Assembly (NCBI GenBank): GCA_963514005.1
Contig: OY740783.1
Location: 119,846,001 to 119,910,000, forward strand
Source of the DNA: Raja brachyura
Taxonomy: Eukaryota
Length of the DNA: 64,000 nt
Direction of reading: 5' to 3'
This document shows, in pieces, positions 48,491 to 62,000 of this stretch (its first letter is position 1; every line of letters begins with the position of its first letter). The translations under genes and the position numbers were made by a program. A model generated the notes under the pieces. That model ran no database searches and had not been told where the DNA came from. It saw only the letters and a program-made list of their open reading frames with translations.

Positions 48491-51400
48491 GCACAATCAT
48501 AGAGTCATAGAGTGATACAGTGTGGAAACAGGCCCTCAGCCCAACTTGCCCACACTGGCCAACAATGTCCCAGCTACACTAGTCCCACTTGCCTGCGCTT
48601 CATCCATATCCCTCCGAACCTGTCCAATCATACCCAAGTATAAGAGTGTAAGGATAGCACATTACACTGAGGCAGTTCACAAGGGCCGCCATATTTCCAG
48701 CATGTCTTGTATTCTCCAAGTTCCAGAGTTTTAAAAAATGTCAAGAAAGGACTCCATAACCACAGGTATGAATCTGTTCAGTGTGCAGTAGCCAAAACTC
48801 AATACTCAAAACCTGAAGTTTCTGCTCTATGTCTTTCTCTTGAAGGTCATTCAAGCTGGTGAGTGTTTGCAGCATTTCCTGCTTTTAGCATTGATTTTTT
48901 GCTGTTTGTTTAGCCAGCTCACACTACCCGTTGAGATATTTGTTTGCAGGATTATCATGAGCTAATTGACAAGAACCCTCACTCTCAAAGTCAGATCTTT
49001 CCGGAAATGGCAAGACTGCAGATTCTAAACAACAAAAGTGATCAACTTGACAGCAATATAAATTTATTGGACCAATTATAATTAGCTCACTTTACAGGAC
49101 CAAAAAAAGATTGATGGTGATTCAGAAATTGAATAAAACACAAAGTGCTGGAGGAACTCAGTGGGTCAGGCAGCATCTGTGGAGGGAATGGACAGACCTC
49201 TTTTCAGGTCAGGATCCTTCTTTAGAAATTGAATATACTGGTGACAGTACTGTGGATTCATGATTAATCTGCTTACTTGATGCTCATAGACAGTATTTAG
49301 ATATATATGGAATGGAGTGACATGGATAATGTGCAGCCAGATTTGGTCCTGGCATCATGTTCTGCACAGACACTGTGGGCCGAGAGCCTGTTCTTGAACT
49401 TACTCTTCAATGTTCCCCATGTTCTATTCTCTCTCTCTCCACAAATGCTAACAGATCTATAGCGTATTTTTTGTTTTTATTTCAGGCAGCTATAGAAACA
49501 TATAACCAATAGCTGGTGTACTGAAATTGCAGATTCAGTGTGGTTTGCACTTTGAACATTAGGGATGAATATCCTTTGGGCTTCAGGTATGCGTGGAATC
49601 ACAGCAATGCTGAATAAGCAGTTTTGAGAACACCAGACATGATTGAAAAGACTTATTTTAGTTTAGTGTATAATTGTCATGTGAGCCGAGGTGCAAGGAA
49701 AAGCCTTTTTGTTGTGTGCTATTCAGACAACAATAAGACTGGATAATTACAATCAAGCCGTCCATTGTGTACAGATACAGGATAAATGGTACAATGTTTA
49801 GTGCAAGATAAAGTCCACTAAGGTCCGATTAATGATAGTTTGAAGGTTTCCAATGAGGTAGATGGGAGGTCAGGGCCACTCTCTAGCTGGTGAGAGGAGA
49901 TTTAAGGAATTGAAAAGTCTACAACTGATCCCATTTCGAATATTTTATTGAAACTGATAAATCAAAGTAGGTAAAAAGTCAAGATAAGTAAGAGAGCAAT
50001 AGGGAATTATTAAGATACAACATGGAATACAAAGATTGTAAAGACTGGCTTAAGTAATAATCTTGAACATCCAGTTTTCAATATTTATAAAAATGAACAA
50101 ACTTGTTGAAATTAAGTTTAAGAATGAAGTTTACTGTAATCATGAATTTGTTTCAAAATATTAATAATCTTCAAGAGAACATTACTCACGGACTATCTAA
50201 TCTTCATAAGCAGAAAACACAAGTAGCCTCCCGATAGATTTGGAATTGGGGTGAAGTAATAAAAGCAATAGTGAAAGGCTGAACTTTTTGGTCTTTCCTG
50301 TTGTATTGTTCGGCCAAGAGAAAGCAGCAGGTATATCATCAGGGTTAAATTTTGATTTGAGCCTCGTAGACAATAATGTATCACGGCAGAGATAGTGTTA
50401 TCTCTCCCCTGCCTTTGTAGTCATTCTGTGAAATAATGAGGTGTGTTAAAGCTAGTTATACTTCAATTTCCAGGTCTCCACTATACATTCCAAAACTTAG
50501 AAGATTTGATTGGTTGTGCCATAAAGGTTTGAAGGAGTCACAGAGTATATAATTTACACACAAACGCTGCTTTGTTATTGATTTAATTTCTGATCTCTTA
50601 CTTTCTTTCAGAACTGTGTAATGATTTATTTAAATCTGTTAAACATTGTATCAGGAGTGTTAACATCCAAGACATAAGAAACTGCAAATGCTGGAATCTT
50701 GAGCAAAACATAAAGTATCATAGAGTCCTGGAGTCATATAGAATGGAAACACGCCCATACTTACCTTGCCCATGCTGATCAAGATTGCCCAGCTACGTTA
50801 GTCCCACTTGCCTCCTTTGGCCTATATCCCTCTAAACCTTTCTTATCTATGTACCTGTCCAAATGCCTTTTAAATTTTGTTATATTACCTGCCTCAACTA
50901 CCTCCTCTGACAGCTCATTCTGTATACCCACCACCCTCTTTTTGAAAAAGTTGTCCCTCAGATTTGCATTAAATCTTTTCCCTCTCACCTTAAATCTGTG
51001 TACTCTAGTTGTTGAATCCCTACTCTATATAAAGGCCTTTGTTCATCTACCATATCTATTTCTGCTGTGGCCTGACCCGCTGAGTTCCTCCAGATGAGAT
51101 AGATGTAGATTCTGAATAATAATATGAAAACAAATCATCATATATAAACCATTAATTTACAAATTGTAATTTAATATGCATATTGTCTTTGTTTTCTGCT
51201 GAGTGGCAAATTCATTGCCGCAGATGGTAGTGGAGGCCAAGTCATTGGGTATTTTTAAAACAGAGATTGATAGATTCTTGATTAGTTAAGGCGTCAAATG
51301 GTACAGGGAGAAGGTAGGAGAATGGGGCTGAGAGGAAAAAATTAGTTCTATTACCATTAAATGGTGGAGCAGATTCGATGGGCCGAATGGCCTTATTCTG

Positions 51401-52856
51401 CTCCAATATCTAATGAACATTTCTGCTGTAAATCTATAGTGAAGTGCAGAAGAAGCATGCTATGGAGAGTCAGGACAATTTAAGTCACAAACATCCTTGG
51501 CTCACAATCTTTCATTCAGATATCAGGATTTAATAAACTAAACTGAAGATGGAATCACCCATTAAAAAAGACCCAAAAAATGTAACCGCTCTTAAACCTG
51601 TCAAATAAAGGCTGGATCTTCACAATAGGCGTAAATGTACCATTTCAATCGATGGAAGAGCACAATCAGTAACAGCATACCACATTGCCAAAAGTGAAGA
51701 AGGGGAAAAAATGAAAGTAAGAGTGTGTGGAACAGGAGGTCATTCACTCTTCAGGGCAGTGCTATTATTTATTTAGATTGGAGTTGATTGATACTCCAAT
51801 TATATTTGCCTGTTTTTGTTTCATAACCCTTAATAACCTGACGCAGAGTTAGAGGGGTATGTGGGATAAAACAAATTTACTTAGAGTGTACTTTTGATCT
51901 GGAAATTACTGCTTGTAGCAGTGGCAAACAGTGCCATTCCTACTTTCAGAAATGAATTGGATTCATACCTGAGAGAAAGGAATTCGCAGATCTGTGAGAA
52001 ATGAATAGGACCATTGTGTTACTTTACTTGGAGCTAGCATTGCCTCAGTGGAATGACTACCTTCTTTCGGTGTCTTAACCATTCTAGGTAAGGTGTGAGG
52101 AGGCTCAAATGAAACACAAACACCAGCACAGACCAACCGCACCTATTTCTGCACCCTATGGTTCCATATAATTTTATTCAAAAGTTAATGAAACAAAAAC
52201 ATTTGGTCTGAAGAAGGGTCCTGACCTGAAATACTACCTATCCACGTCCTCCAGAGATGCCGTCTGATCCGCTGAGTTATTTCGGCACTTTGTGCTTAAT
52301 GCATATATATATAATTCTACTAAAATCTCAACTTTTCCAGTGTATTTTGCGGTGGCACAGTGACGCACCTGGCAGAGCTGCTGCCTCACAGCATCAGAGA
52401 CCTGGTTTTGATCCTGACCTTGGGTGATTTCTTTATGGAGTTTGTATATTCTTCCTGTGACCACATCAGTTTCCTCCGGGTGCTCTGAAAAGTATCATCA
52501 ATATTGTAATGTTTCACTTATATCTTGTCTTGAACTCAGATTTCCAGCTTAAGGAAACAATGCCAAGTTGGTTATTAGGTAAAACACAAAGTGGGTCAGG
52601 CAGCACCTGTGGAGAGAAAGGATAGGTGGGACTTTGGGTCGGGATCCTTCTTCAGATGGATTAATTAGATTCCAGCTTTTGGGTTGGGATCCTTCTTCAG
52701 ATAGATTAATTAGATTCAACTTTGGACTGTTATGTAGTTGTATTTAGTTTCAAACATTTATTCTGTGGTGAAAGTTACCCAAGGGATAATTGTAATATTT
52801 AAACTTTACATTGAATTAACACAGGTTGAGTGTAAACCCTGAGATTTCATTTTCAG

Positions 52857-52965
52857 GTATGTGGAACCAGGAAATGGAAGAGTTATCTACAGATGGAGAA
52901 AATGTGAGGAAGGGAGGAACAGTCAAAAAGTTTCGGGAAGTAGAATATTGGAATTTGATGGAAAG
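52857..52965 (+). CDS. POLN: Probable POLN coding exon 2
   Basis: Acceptor ttttcag|, donor AAG|GTACAA, 109 nt, open. Phase 1 to 2 exactly bridges 37979 and 54455. No recalled homology. Confidence 0.6.
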
Positions 52966-53289
52966 GTACAATGACACTTTTAACTGTTTTTTAACTGGGA
53001 ATAGTTTAAGGAAGGATCATAGAGTTGTACTGTATAGAAGCAGTCCCAAGATTGAATTACAGGTGTTTAGTTTTGAGATGCAGATGGAAACAGTCCTTTT
53101 GGCTCAACTCATCCATGCCCACCAAGATTCCCCATCTAAGCTAGTCTGATTTGCCTGTGTTTGACCCATAGCCCTCTAAACCATTCCTGTCCACGTATCT
53201 GTCCGAATGACTTTTAAATATTGTTATTGTTATTATATGCCTGAAGGTAAATGTCTCCAGAAGAGTGTAATGAGCGGAGGTTAGTTATA

Positions 53290-54289
53290 TAGCAATGTTA
53301 CAAAAAATTGAGATTTTAAAAATCAGATCAGATAAAGCATAAAAAGAAGTTTAATTTGACACCTAATTCACTTTCATATCTTCAGTATTAAGAAAGTTAT
53401 GGCCATTTTCATACTCGGAAATTAGCATCTTGTTCCCCATTGCCTTTCAATTGACTTAACTCAAAAGCTGTGATCTGGAACAGTTAAAAGCCCATAACTT
53501 TCTTAAAAATTAATAGAACAATGAAATTTTCACTTATTATAGATTGAAGCATTCTGAAATAAATATGAAACAATCTTACTTGGATGACCTGAAATTAAAG
53601 CATATAATTAGTTAGTTATCCAATTGTAGCTAATTACAAAATTTAATGAGTAGATCTAAACATCTATCCATTTCTTAAGAAAAGATAAACTTTTTTTAAA
53701 TTGCCTAAGTGTCCAAATAACATTCACACAATAATCCACAATATAACATAATTTTTAAATCTCATTTTCATGAATTTCTGGGCCAAATGGAAGGAATTTA
53801 GTGTTTAATGCCTGTAAATTAATGGCCATTTAAATCAACTAGCGAGTGGGTTTTAGTGGAATGCGGTGGATTGGAATGTTGCGGTTAGCGGTGAAGTCGG
53901 GAGGAAAAATACTGTTTGTTCATACATTTTTCTGAACCCCATTTCGCAACATGAAAATATTATTAAAGCCTCCCGAAAAACCAACTTTTAATATAAAAAT
54001 AAACTATTTACCTTTTTTTCTCCCCTATGCAAAATGCTTCCGGTTGTCGGTTCTCACGGTTTTTGAAGGTGATTTTTAAATTACTCTAGTTAACAAATAA
54101 TTTAGAGTAATTTAAAAATACCTTCATTGATGAAATGTCGGAGCGATTTTTCTTCCGCAACGAAATCGCCCGACATTCATCGATTTTTCCTGCACTTTAA
54201 GCCCGCCCCCTCTGAAAGGCGCCAAAGTCACGCACACGGGGAGCGGCAGAACTGCAGCGCTGCTCAAGGTAAGTTTTGTAACATACCTA
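53290..54289. mobile_element. Non-autonomous DNA transposon (~1 kb)
   Basis: Imperfect TIR tagcaatgttacaaaa / ttttgtaacataccta; flanking direct repeat agttata at 53283-53289 and 54290-54296. Confidence 0.6.
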
Positions 54290-54454
54290 AGTTATATATG
54301 CCGTATGAATGTGTTATTTACAAAATGGTCATTTTTAGCAATGTGATCAATTGTAAGGAAAGTTATTGAACTATCTGCACATATGGTGACTGCAGCTTTG
54401 TCATTCCATATAGTGTGAGAAAATCCACTGTTTGGCTTATTTTGTGTTTTTCAG

Positions 54455-54642
54455 GGAAGAGGCAAACTGTGCTGCATTCCAGCCTGGTAATGTGACAAGG
54501 AAGATGGCTGACACATTCCACACCGAAGCTTATACTGAGAATCAGACCGAGCGATGTTGCACAGATAGAGTTGCCAGTACATTTCAACCTGGTGTCCATT
54601 CAGCACAGACTTTCCGCGCAACCAACTGTCATCTGCCTGTGG
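54455..54642 (+). CDS. POLN: Probable POLN coding exon 3
   Basis: Strong acceptor tgtttttcag|, open frame (R)EEANCAAFQPG...NCHLPV with phase-2 entry. Donor G|GTGTGT is weak, so the 3' end is uncertain. Confidence 0.55.
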
Positions 54643-55078
54643 GTGTGTATTCCATCTTGTTCTTTCTTATTCTTGCAGTCCTTTACAGTTACCTAGCAAG
54701 AACAAAATATGACCTTATTGTCTGGGGTTACTCCAACTGAGTTTGGTAATTCTTTAGTGTAGGAAGGAACTGCCGATGCTGGTTTATTCTGAAGATAGAC
54801 ACAAACTGCTGGAATAACTCAGCGGATCAGGCAGCATCTGTGGAGAAAAGAAATAGGTGACATTTAGTTTCGCAACCCTTCTTCAGACTCTTATATCTTG
54901 GACATAGGTGGGAAGGGATTGGACAGGAGGAATAGGATGAAATCGAGGTATGTGGAAATGATTTCAGTGGGGCAGGAACAAGCAGAAACAATGGGTCTGC
55001 CAGGGGCCGAAGAAGGGTTCCGACCTGAAAAGTCACCTATACCTTTTCTCCACAGACGCTGCCTGACACGCTTAGTTA

Positions 55079-55682
55079 AGGGCTTGTCCCAGTTAGGCGA
55101 TTTTTTCGGCGATAGCTGGAAAATAGGCTGTCACCACATGGTCGTGGGGTGACACCTGTATTGTCGTGAGTTGTCTCCTCAAGTGTCGTAACTCTTTTCT
55201 TGTCGCCGCTGGATTTTGAAATGTTCAAAACCTTTCAGTGACAGTGGGCTTGACGTTGCCGGTCTTCTCCTGTCGAAAGTGCTGGTCGTAGATTGTCGCC
55301 AGGATGATGCCAGGTGACGTCGGTGAATTCCATTGACGACTACCTATGTCAACCGACGAAAGGTACCGTCGACTGAATTGTCTTCAGTTGTTGCCGACAG
55401 GGTTGTTGCTTGTCGTAGCTTGTCGCGGGTGGACGTAGGTTGACTTTGGTTGTCGTAGGTTGTCGCCTGTGTGGTGGTAGGTTGTCGTAGGTGTGGTCGT
55501 AGGGGGGCGTCCTAAGTCCCGACGATTGGGTCGCCAGTTGTCAGTAGCTTGCCGTAGCTTAACTTCGACTAGGTGGTAGGTTGTTGTAGACATTGTCGTA
55601 GGGGAGTCCAGTCGCCGCTTTTTCAGTGACCTACTACGACTGTGACAGTCACCGAAAAAATGGCCTAAGTGGGACAGGCCTT
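55079..55682. mobile_element. PIF/Harbinger-like non-autonomous element inserted in a PLE tail
   Basis: ~35-bp imperfect TIR agggcttgtcccagttaggcgattttttcgg / ccgaaaaaatggcctaagtgggacaggcctt; 3-bp tta/tca flanks; internal gtcgtaggtt repeats. Confidence 0.7.
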
Positions 55683-57462
55683 TCACTTCAGCATTTTGTG
55701 TCAATCTTTGATAAATTTTTAATTTGGGTTTTTCAGTATTGGGATTAAAAAATATGCATATATGCATTATCCTTGATTGATGTAGCATTTACTACATCAG
55801 TTTACTACATCTTACCCACTTTAAATTAAATCATTCATTGTGGGGTGAACTAGAAATACTCGATGTGCCAAAGGGCCTGTTTCTATGCTGGATTTCTAAA
55901 CTAAAGCAAATTAAATGTTCCGGCAGGTAAATTGACTCCTGTAAATCAACCCTTCGTTTAGGTAAGGTGGTAGAAGAAGAGATCAAAGGGGCAATCAATC
56001 AATACATGAGAGAATAAATTGCATGGTACAAAGACTCAAGAAGCAGAGGATTGCAATTGATGGGAGTGCTGTGTTGGGGCTGTCATGGACCCGATGACCT
56101 AAGTGGTCTCATTCTTTAACTAAGCAGAACATTTCTTAATATTCAAAATAGACATTAAAAGTTGGCTTGCCAGTGGTATTTTTATTCCAGAATTAATTTA
56201 TACGTATGACCTGAGTATTGGGAAGTGGGAGCAGTATGAATAGCTTTTATTCCTTGGCCAGAAGTACTAAGGTAGGGAAAGTGGTCATACATTTCTAGGA
56301 TTCTATGATTCTTTCAAACAAAATGTGACTTAGAGTCACATAAGGTCTTGCTAGATCATTGTTTAATTTTAGTCCAGTCGTAGATCTCGAACGTTTGGTT
56401 GCAATCAATAACTATTATCTACTCAGCGTTATGCTTCCTCTGCTGCATGCCAAACTAAAATACAAATCTCTTTGCACCCATAAATTTTATTACCTCCAGT
56501 TTGATCATACAGTGTGCCATCAAGAGCCGGATTCTTGTGAAAATATTGCTCGTTCCATCTCATAGATCGTAACAAAAGCCACAAAGTGCTGGAGCAAATC
56601 AATGGCTCAGGCAGCATTTCTGGAAAACGTGGGTCACGATGTTTCAGCTCTGAACCCTTCTTCTGACTAGTCGGGGTAGGGGGGGGGGGATGGGGGGGGG
56701 AGGGGGAGATGGCTGAAAAAGAGGTGGGGGCAGGAAGAAGCCTGGTAAGTGATAGGGTGGATACAGGGAAAGGGAATTTTGATTGCTTAGGCAAAGGTCA
56801 GTGATGAAAAGACAACAGGTCGTAAGATAAGGTGATAAGGAGGGAAGAGGCATGATATATGAAGCCATAGGAAGGGATATAAGTGGTAGAGGATGGGGGG
56901 AAGGGGAAAGGGAGTCATTTGAGTGCATCCAAGTGAGACATATGGATGAGAGGGATACTAAAGGGGAGAAGGCCTGTTTGAGGTTAATTACCTAAAATGA
57001 GAGAATTCAATGTTCATAGCAATAATTTGTAAGCTACCCAATATGATGTTCTGTTCCTCCAGTTTGAGTGTGGCCTCACTCTGACAATGTAGGAGGCCCA
57101 GAAGATTTGAGATAATTGAACTACCACATGATCTTTATGAGAATAGGGTTGGGAGTGGAGGGCACGTAATCCCTCATCGCAACTTCTCATAAAATAAAGA
57201 TCAAACTTCAAATGGTAAGTTCTTGTTTAATCTTTCTATTTTATTTCGAAGTCACGTGAGTGACTACGTGAAGACTTTAAAGCTCTATGATTTCATGCGG
57301 CAGACTCGAGTCCATAAAAAACATACTGCATCAGTTGACCAGATATGATTGAAAAGATAGTACATTCAGACATGACATAGATTTAAAACATGCTGATGCT
57401 TTCAATGAAAGTGAAAATAATAATAGCGGTCCCTTACATCCGGGAATTTTTTTTTTAATTTA

Positions 57463-59068
57463 CAGTGGCTTGCAAAAGTTTTCATACCCTTTGAACTTTT
57501 CCACATTTTGTCACACTACAACCACAAACATAAATGTATTTTATTCGGATTTTATGTGATAGATCAACACAAATTGGTGCATAATCGTGAAGTGGAAGTA
57601 AAATGATACATGGTTTTTAAATTTTTTTACAAATAAAAAACTGAAAAGTGTGGCGTGCAAAAGTATTCAGCCCCCTTTACTCTGATACCCCTAAATAAAA
57701 TCCAGTGCAACCAATTGTATTCAGAAGTCACCTAATTAGTAAATAGAGTCCACTTGTGTGTAATCTAATCTCAGTATAAATACAGCTGTTCTGTGAAGGC
57801 CTCAGAGGTTTGTTAGAGAACATTAGTGAACAAATAACATCATGAAGCCCAAGGAACACACCAGACAGGTCAGGGATAAAGTTGTGGAGAAGTTTAAAGC
57901 TGGGTTAGGTTATAAAAAAAATATCCCAAGCTTTGAACATCTCACGGAGCACTGTTCAATTCCATCATCCAAAAATGGAAAGAGTATGGCACAACTGCAA
58001 ACCTACCAAGACATGGCCGTCCACCTAAACTGACAGGCCGGGCAAGGAGAGCATTGATCAGAGAAGCAGCCAAGAGGCCCACTGGTAACTCTGGAGGAGC
58101 TGCAGAGATCCACAGCTCGGGTGGGAGAATCTGTCCACAGGACAACTATTAGTCGTGCACTCCACAAATCGGGCCTTTATGGAAGAGTGGCACGAAGAAT
58201 GCCGTTGTTGAAACAAAGCCATAAGAAGTCCCATTTGCAGTTTGCCACAAGCCATGTGGGGGACACAGCAAACATGTGGAGGAAGGTGCTCTGGTCTGAT
58301 GAGACCAAAATTGAAGTTTTTGGCCTAAATGCAAAACGCTATGTGTGGTGGAAAACTAACACTGCACATCACCCTGAACACACCACCCCCACTGTGAAAC
58401 ATGGTGGTGGCAGCATCATGCTGTGGGGATGCTTTTCTTCAGCAGGGACAGGGAAGCTGGTCAGAGTTGATGGGAAGATGGATGGAGCCAAATACAGGGC
58501 AATCTTGGAAGAAAACCTGTTAGAGTCTGCAAAAGACTTGAGACTGGGGCGGAGGTTCACCTTCCAGCAGGACAACGACCCTAAACATACAGCCAGAGCT
58601 ACAATGGAACGGTTTAGATCAAAGCATATTGATGTGTTAGAATGGCCCAGTCAGTCCAGACCTAATTGAGAATCTCTGGCAAGACTTGAAAATTGCTGTT
58701 CACAGACACTCTCCATCCAATCTGACTGAGCTTGAGCTATTTTGCAAAGAAGAATGGGCAAAAATTTCAGTCTCTAGATGTGCAAAGCTGGTAGAGACAT
58801 ACCCCAAAAGACTTGCCGCTGTAATTGCAGCGAAAGGTGGTTCTACAAAGTATTGACTCAGGGGGGCAGAATACTTTTGAATGCCACACTTTTCAGTTTT
58901 TTATTTGTAATAAAATTTGGAAACCATGTATCATTTTCCTTCCACTTCACAATTATGCACCACTTTGTGTTGGCCTATCACATAAAATCCCAATAAAATA
59001 CATTTACGTTTGTGGTTGTAACGTGACAAAATGTGGAAAAGAGGTATGAATACTTTTGCAAGGCACTG
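57463..59068 (+). mobile_element. Tc1-family DNA transposon, 1606 bp, long TIRs, nested in the DIRS
   Basis: TA|CAGTG...CACTG|TA ends and ~200-bp inverted repeats. Confidence 0.95.
57842..58856 (+). pseudogene. Tc1 transposase (DD34E type), frameshifted
   Basis: MKPKEH, GRPPKL, VLWSDETK, KHGGGSIMLWGCF, FQQDNDPKH, WPSQS(PDL..IENLW) spread across frames. Confidence 0.92.
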
Positions 59069-62000
59069 TAACAGAACTCAAAATCGTGTTGGCAAACGAA
59101 CCCGGCCTGGCAATTGGTTTATTATAAAAGGTCTGGAAAGTCCGCTCATTTGACCATCCTGCTGTCGCTAGGATGCGGTCCAGCGGAACCTCCATGAACC
59201 TTGCTGCTGATGTTGTTGCAGCCCTGGTGGAGTGAGATTTAAAAACATCAGTGTCCACTCCTGCGCAAGCCAACACGTGTCTTAACCACCTGGAGATGGT
59301 CTGCACTGATACCTTCTTATGTGTTTTTTTATGACTAATAAACATAGCCAGCTCAGTGCCTCTAAGGTTCTTTGTAGCCTTTATATATTGGTGAATATAT
59401 GTGACAACACACACTCAACGGTCCATCGGATATGCCAAAAATTCCAGCTTTAAACCAAATACACCCGGTCTGCTTTGCTTGATTAACTCATTTATATAAA
59501 TGTTATCTTGTTGGCAGACATAACCGTCCTGTCCAGCCGTAGTTTATGTAAAGACTGGACGCATTGCGCTGAAACCAGCGCCATGAACATTATTACCTTA
59601 TATATCAGCCGGACCAAAGATAAGGATGTAGCTGGAGCCCAACCGCGAAGCAGTATTAACACAATGTTAACGTCCCATACTTCTGTGTACCAGGGCCTGG
59701 GAGGATTTATGTTAAAGATACCCTTCATGAATTTGGATATCAAAGGGTGAAACCCAACAGAGTGGTGTCCCGATCCCAGCATCAAGTATGATGACAAGGC
59801 ACTTTTGGCAGAGTTGATGGCACAATAACTTAATCTTTTATCAAAAAACAACATTGAGAGAAACTCTCAGACATCAGTTATCCGTGCCGTATTATACGTT
59901 ATACTTGAATTTAAACAAAACACTTCCCATCTCTTGATGTAGGAAATGTACTGCTTCTTCATGCTATCTCACCAAGCTGCAGTGATCACGTCCATGGTTT
60001 GGTCGGATAATCCAAGCCCCAGAAAAGGTCTTCTTAAACTCTGCAAATCAATAAGTTGATTCTATCATGCAGAGGGTGAGATTCCCGAGACACGGGATGA
60101 ATAAGCAAATCTTTGCGTTTATTAATAACCATATAAGGTTCTATTATCATTCCCAACATCAGCGGGAACCATGGCTGTGTGGGCCAGTCAGGCACTACTA
60201 AAATGCGTGATTTTTAGCAAGTACCAGCTAATGAGGCAAAATGTAGGAAACGCATAAAAGATCATTCCTCCCCAGTGTAACGAGAATGCATCAATTGCTA
60301 CTGCCCTGGGTCTGGCTCCCATGCAACATATTTTGGCAACTGGTGATTAAGCCTAGATGCAAACAAATCAATATCCGGTGTTCCATACCGAGCAACAACG
60401 TCGTTAAACACTTTGTGATCTAACATCCATTCTGTGTTATCATTAAATTTATGTGACATCGTGTCTGCCACTGGGTTAAACCTACCTGGCAAATAGTTAG
60501 CTGAAATCCAAATCCTTTGTTCAATACACCAGCTCCAAATGAGGTTAGCCAAACTATCACAGGATACTGACTTGATTCCATCCAGCTAAATTTCAAATAT
60601 CTCAGGTGATCCCTGTGATTTGGAACTGAGTAATATGCATCTTTGAGATTGATGCATGCCATAAAGCACCCTTTGGAAATCATTTGTTTAAGCAGTAAAG
60701 AAGTTTTCCATTTTTAAATGTCCATACTGCACTGATGAGTTAAGTTGTGTTCAATCAAGGATGATCTGACATCCTCCATCTTTGTTTTGCCTAGAGAATA
60801 TATTGGAGATGAATTGATGATTTTCCTGACTTGATTTTTCAATTACCCCTTTTCTGTGTAATGCATGAATTTCTGCTTGTATATCCAAACCTTTTTGTTT
60901 GGAATGAATATCTGCCCGACCTGGTGTATGTTGTGTGGGTGGCAATGAATTAGGTAAAAACTCAATTTTGAACCCTTGTATACTGTGCAGTATAAACGGA
61001 TCTGAGGATATCCACCGCCATTCATGTAAAAACAAGTGCAATCTACCACCAACTTGTAACTGGTCCACAAACCCCATGTTCCGGAAAGAACCAGACGCAC
61101 CTACCTCCATGGTTACCAGTGGTCTGATAGCAGGCCCAACGGGCCCTAATACGGGTTCTGAAAAAGACCTCTGCCCAGGAAGATCAAGTTTTGAGCTGCC
61201 ACTAGCTTCAGCAAACCGCTTATTGCTAATGGAGGTATAGGGGTGGTGTCGCCGAAACTGTGAAGCTTTGCTCATCATAGGTGCTTTGATCAGCCCGACA
61301 GCTTTGGCTTCATCATCCAGGTCTTTCACCTGCTTGGGCAGGTCTTCCCCGAACAGAAGATTGGGCGGCTGGACATTACTGGATTTACCCAGACCCGCAA
61401 ACTTTGGGTTTAACGCAGGCTTGATGGTGCTCTTTCGGAAGCAGTTGATTTCGAAATGTGCATTGCACATTAACGCCAGGGCATCCTGCTGGCCGTCTGA
61501 TAGTGGCCCGCCATCTACAGTTCTGGAAAAAGCCGTGATGCCTGAAGCCAGTAATTTTAAAATCCGTTGGAGTTTCATTTCTTGGGCCTTGATGCCACCT
61601 CCAATGTAACCCCAAATGGAGCTGTTGACTGCCGGCACTTTTAAGGATGCACGATTCGCAGGCGTGTGGTATTTAGCATCCGTTTCAACCATAACTTGTT
61701 CTTGTAACTGATGGGATGTGAGATTGTTGATACTAGAAGCCAGATCTTCTTGAAGAGGCTCCCCTGTCTGTGAAGGTATAGCAAACCTCGATGCCAGGGC
61801 AGGCAACACCTGTGTGTGAGTCTCACGCATCTCATGTATTCCAGTATGTCCTTCTGACATACCCCCTCATCAGAGTGGGAGGCACTAAGCAGCCCTGGAC
61901 CAGGTGCTGTCGCAGGCATGAAGGGAGACCTGCTATGATATGTCTCCGTATCACGGAGCATATTATGATGGAGCATCCTCTCCATGAGGTGCTCCATTTG

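Noticed and set aside
49486-49586. Exon-like segment (tttcag| ... CAG|GTATGC) in the POLN intron
   Set aside because: Stops in all three frames and not needed for phase continuity; a poison exon cannot be supported without RNA data.
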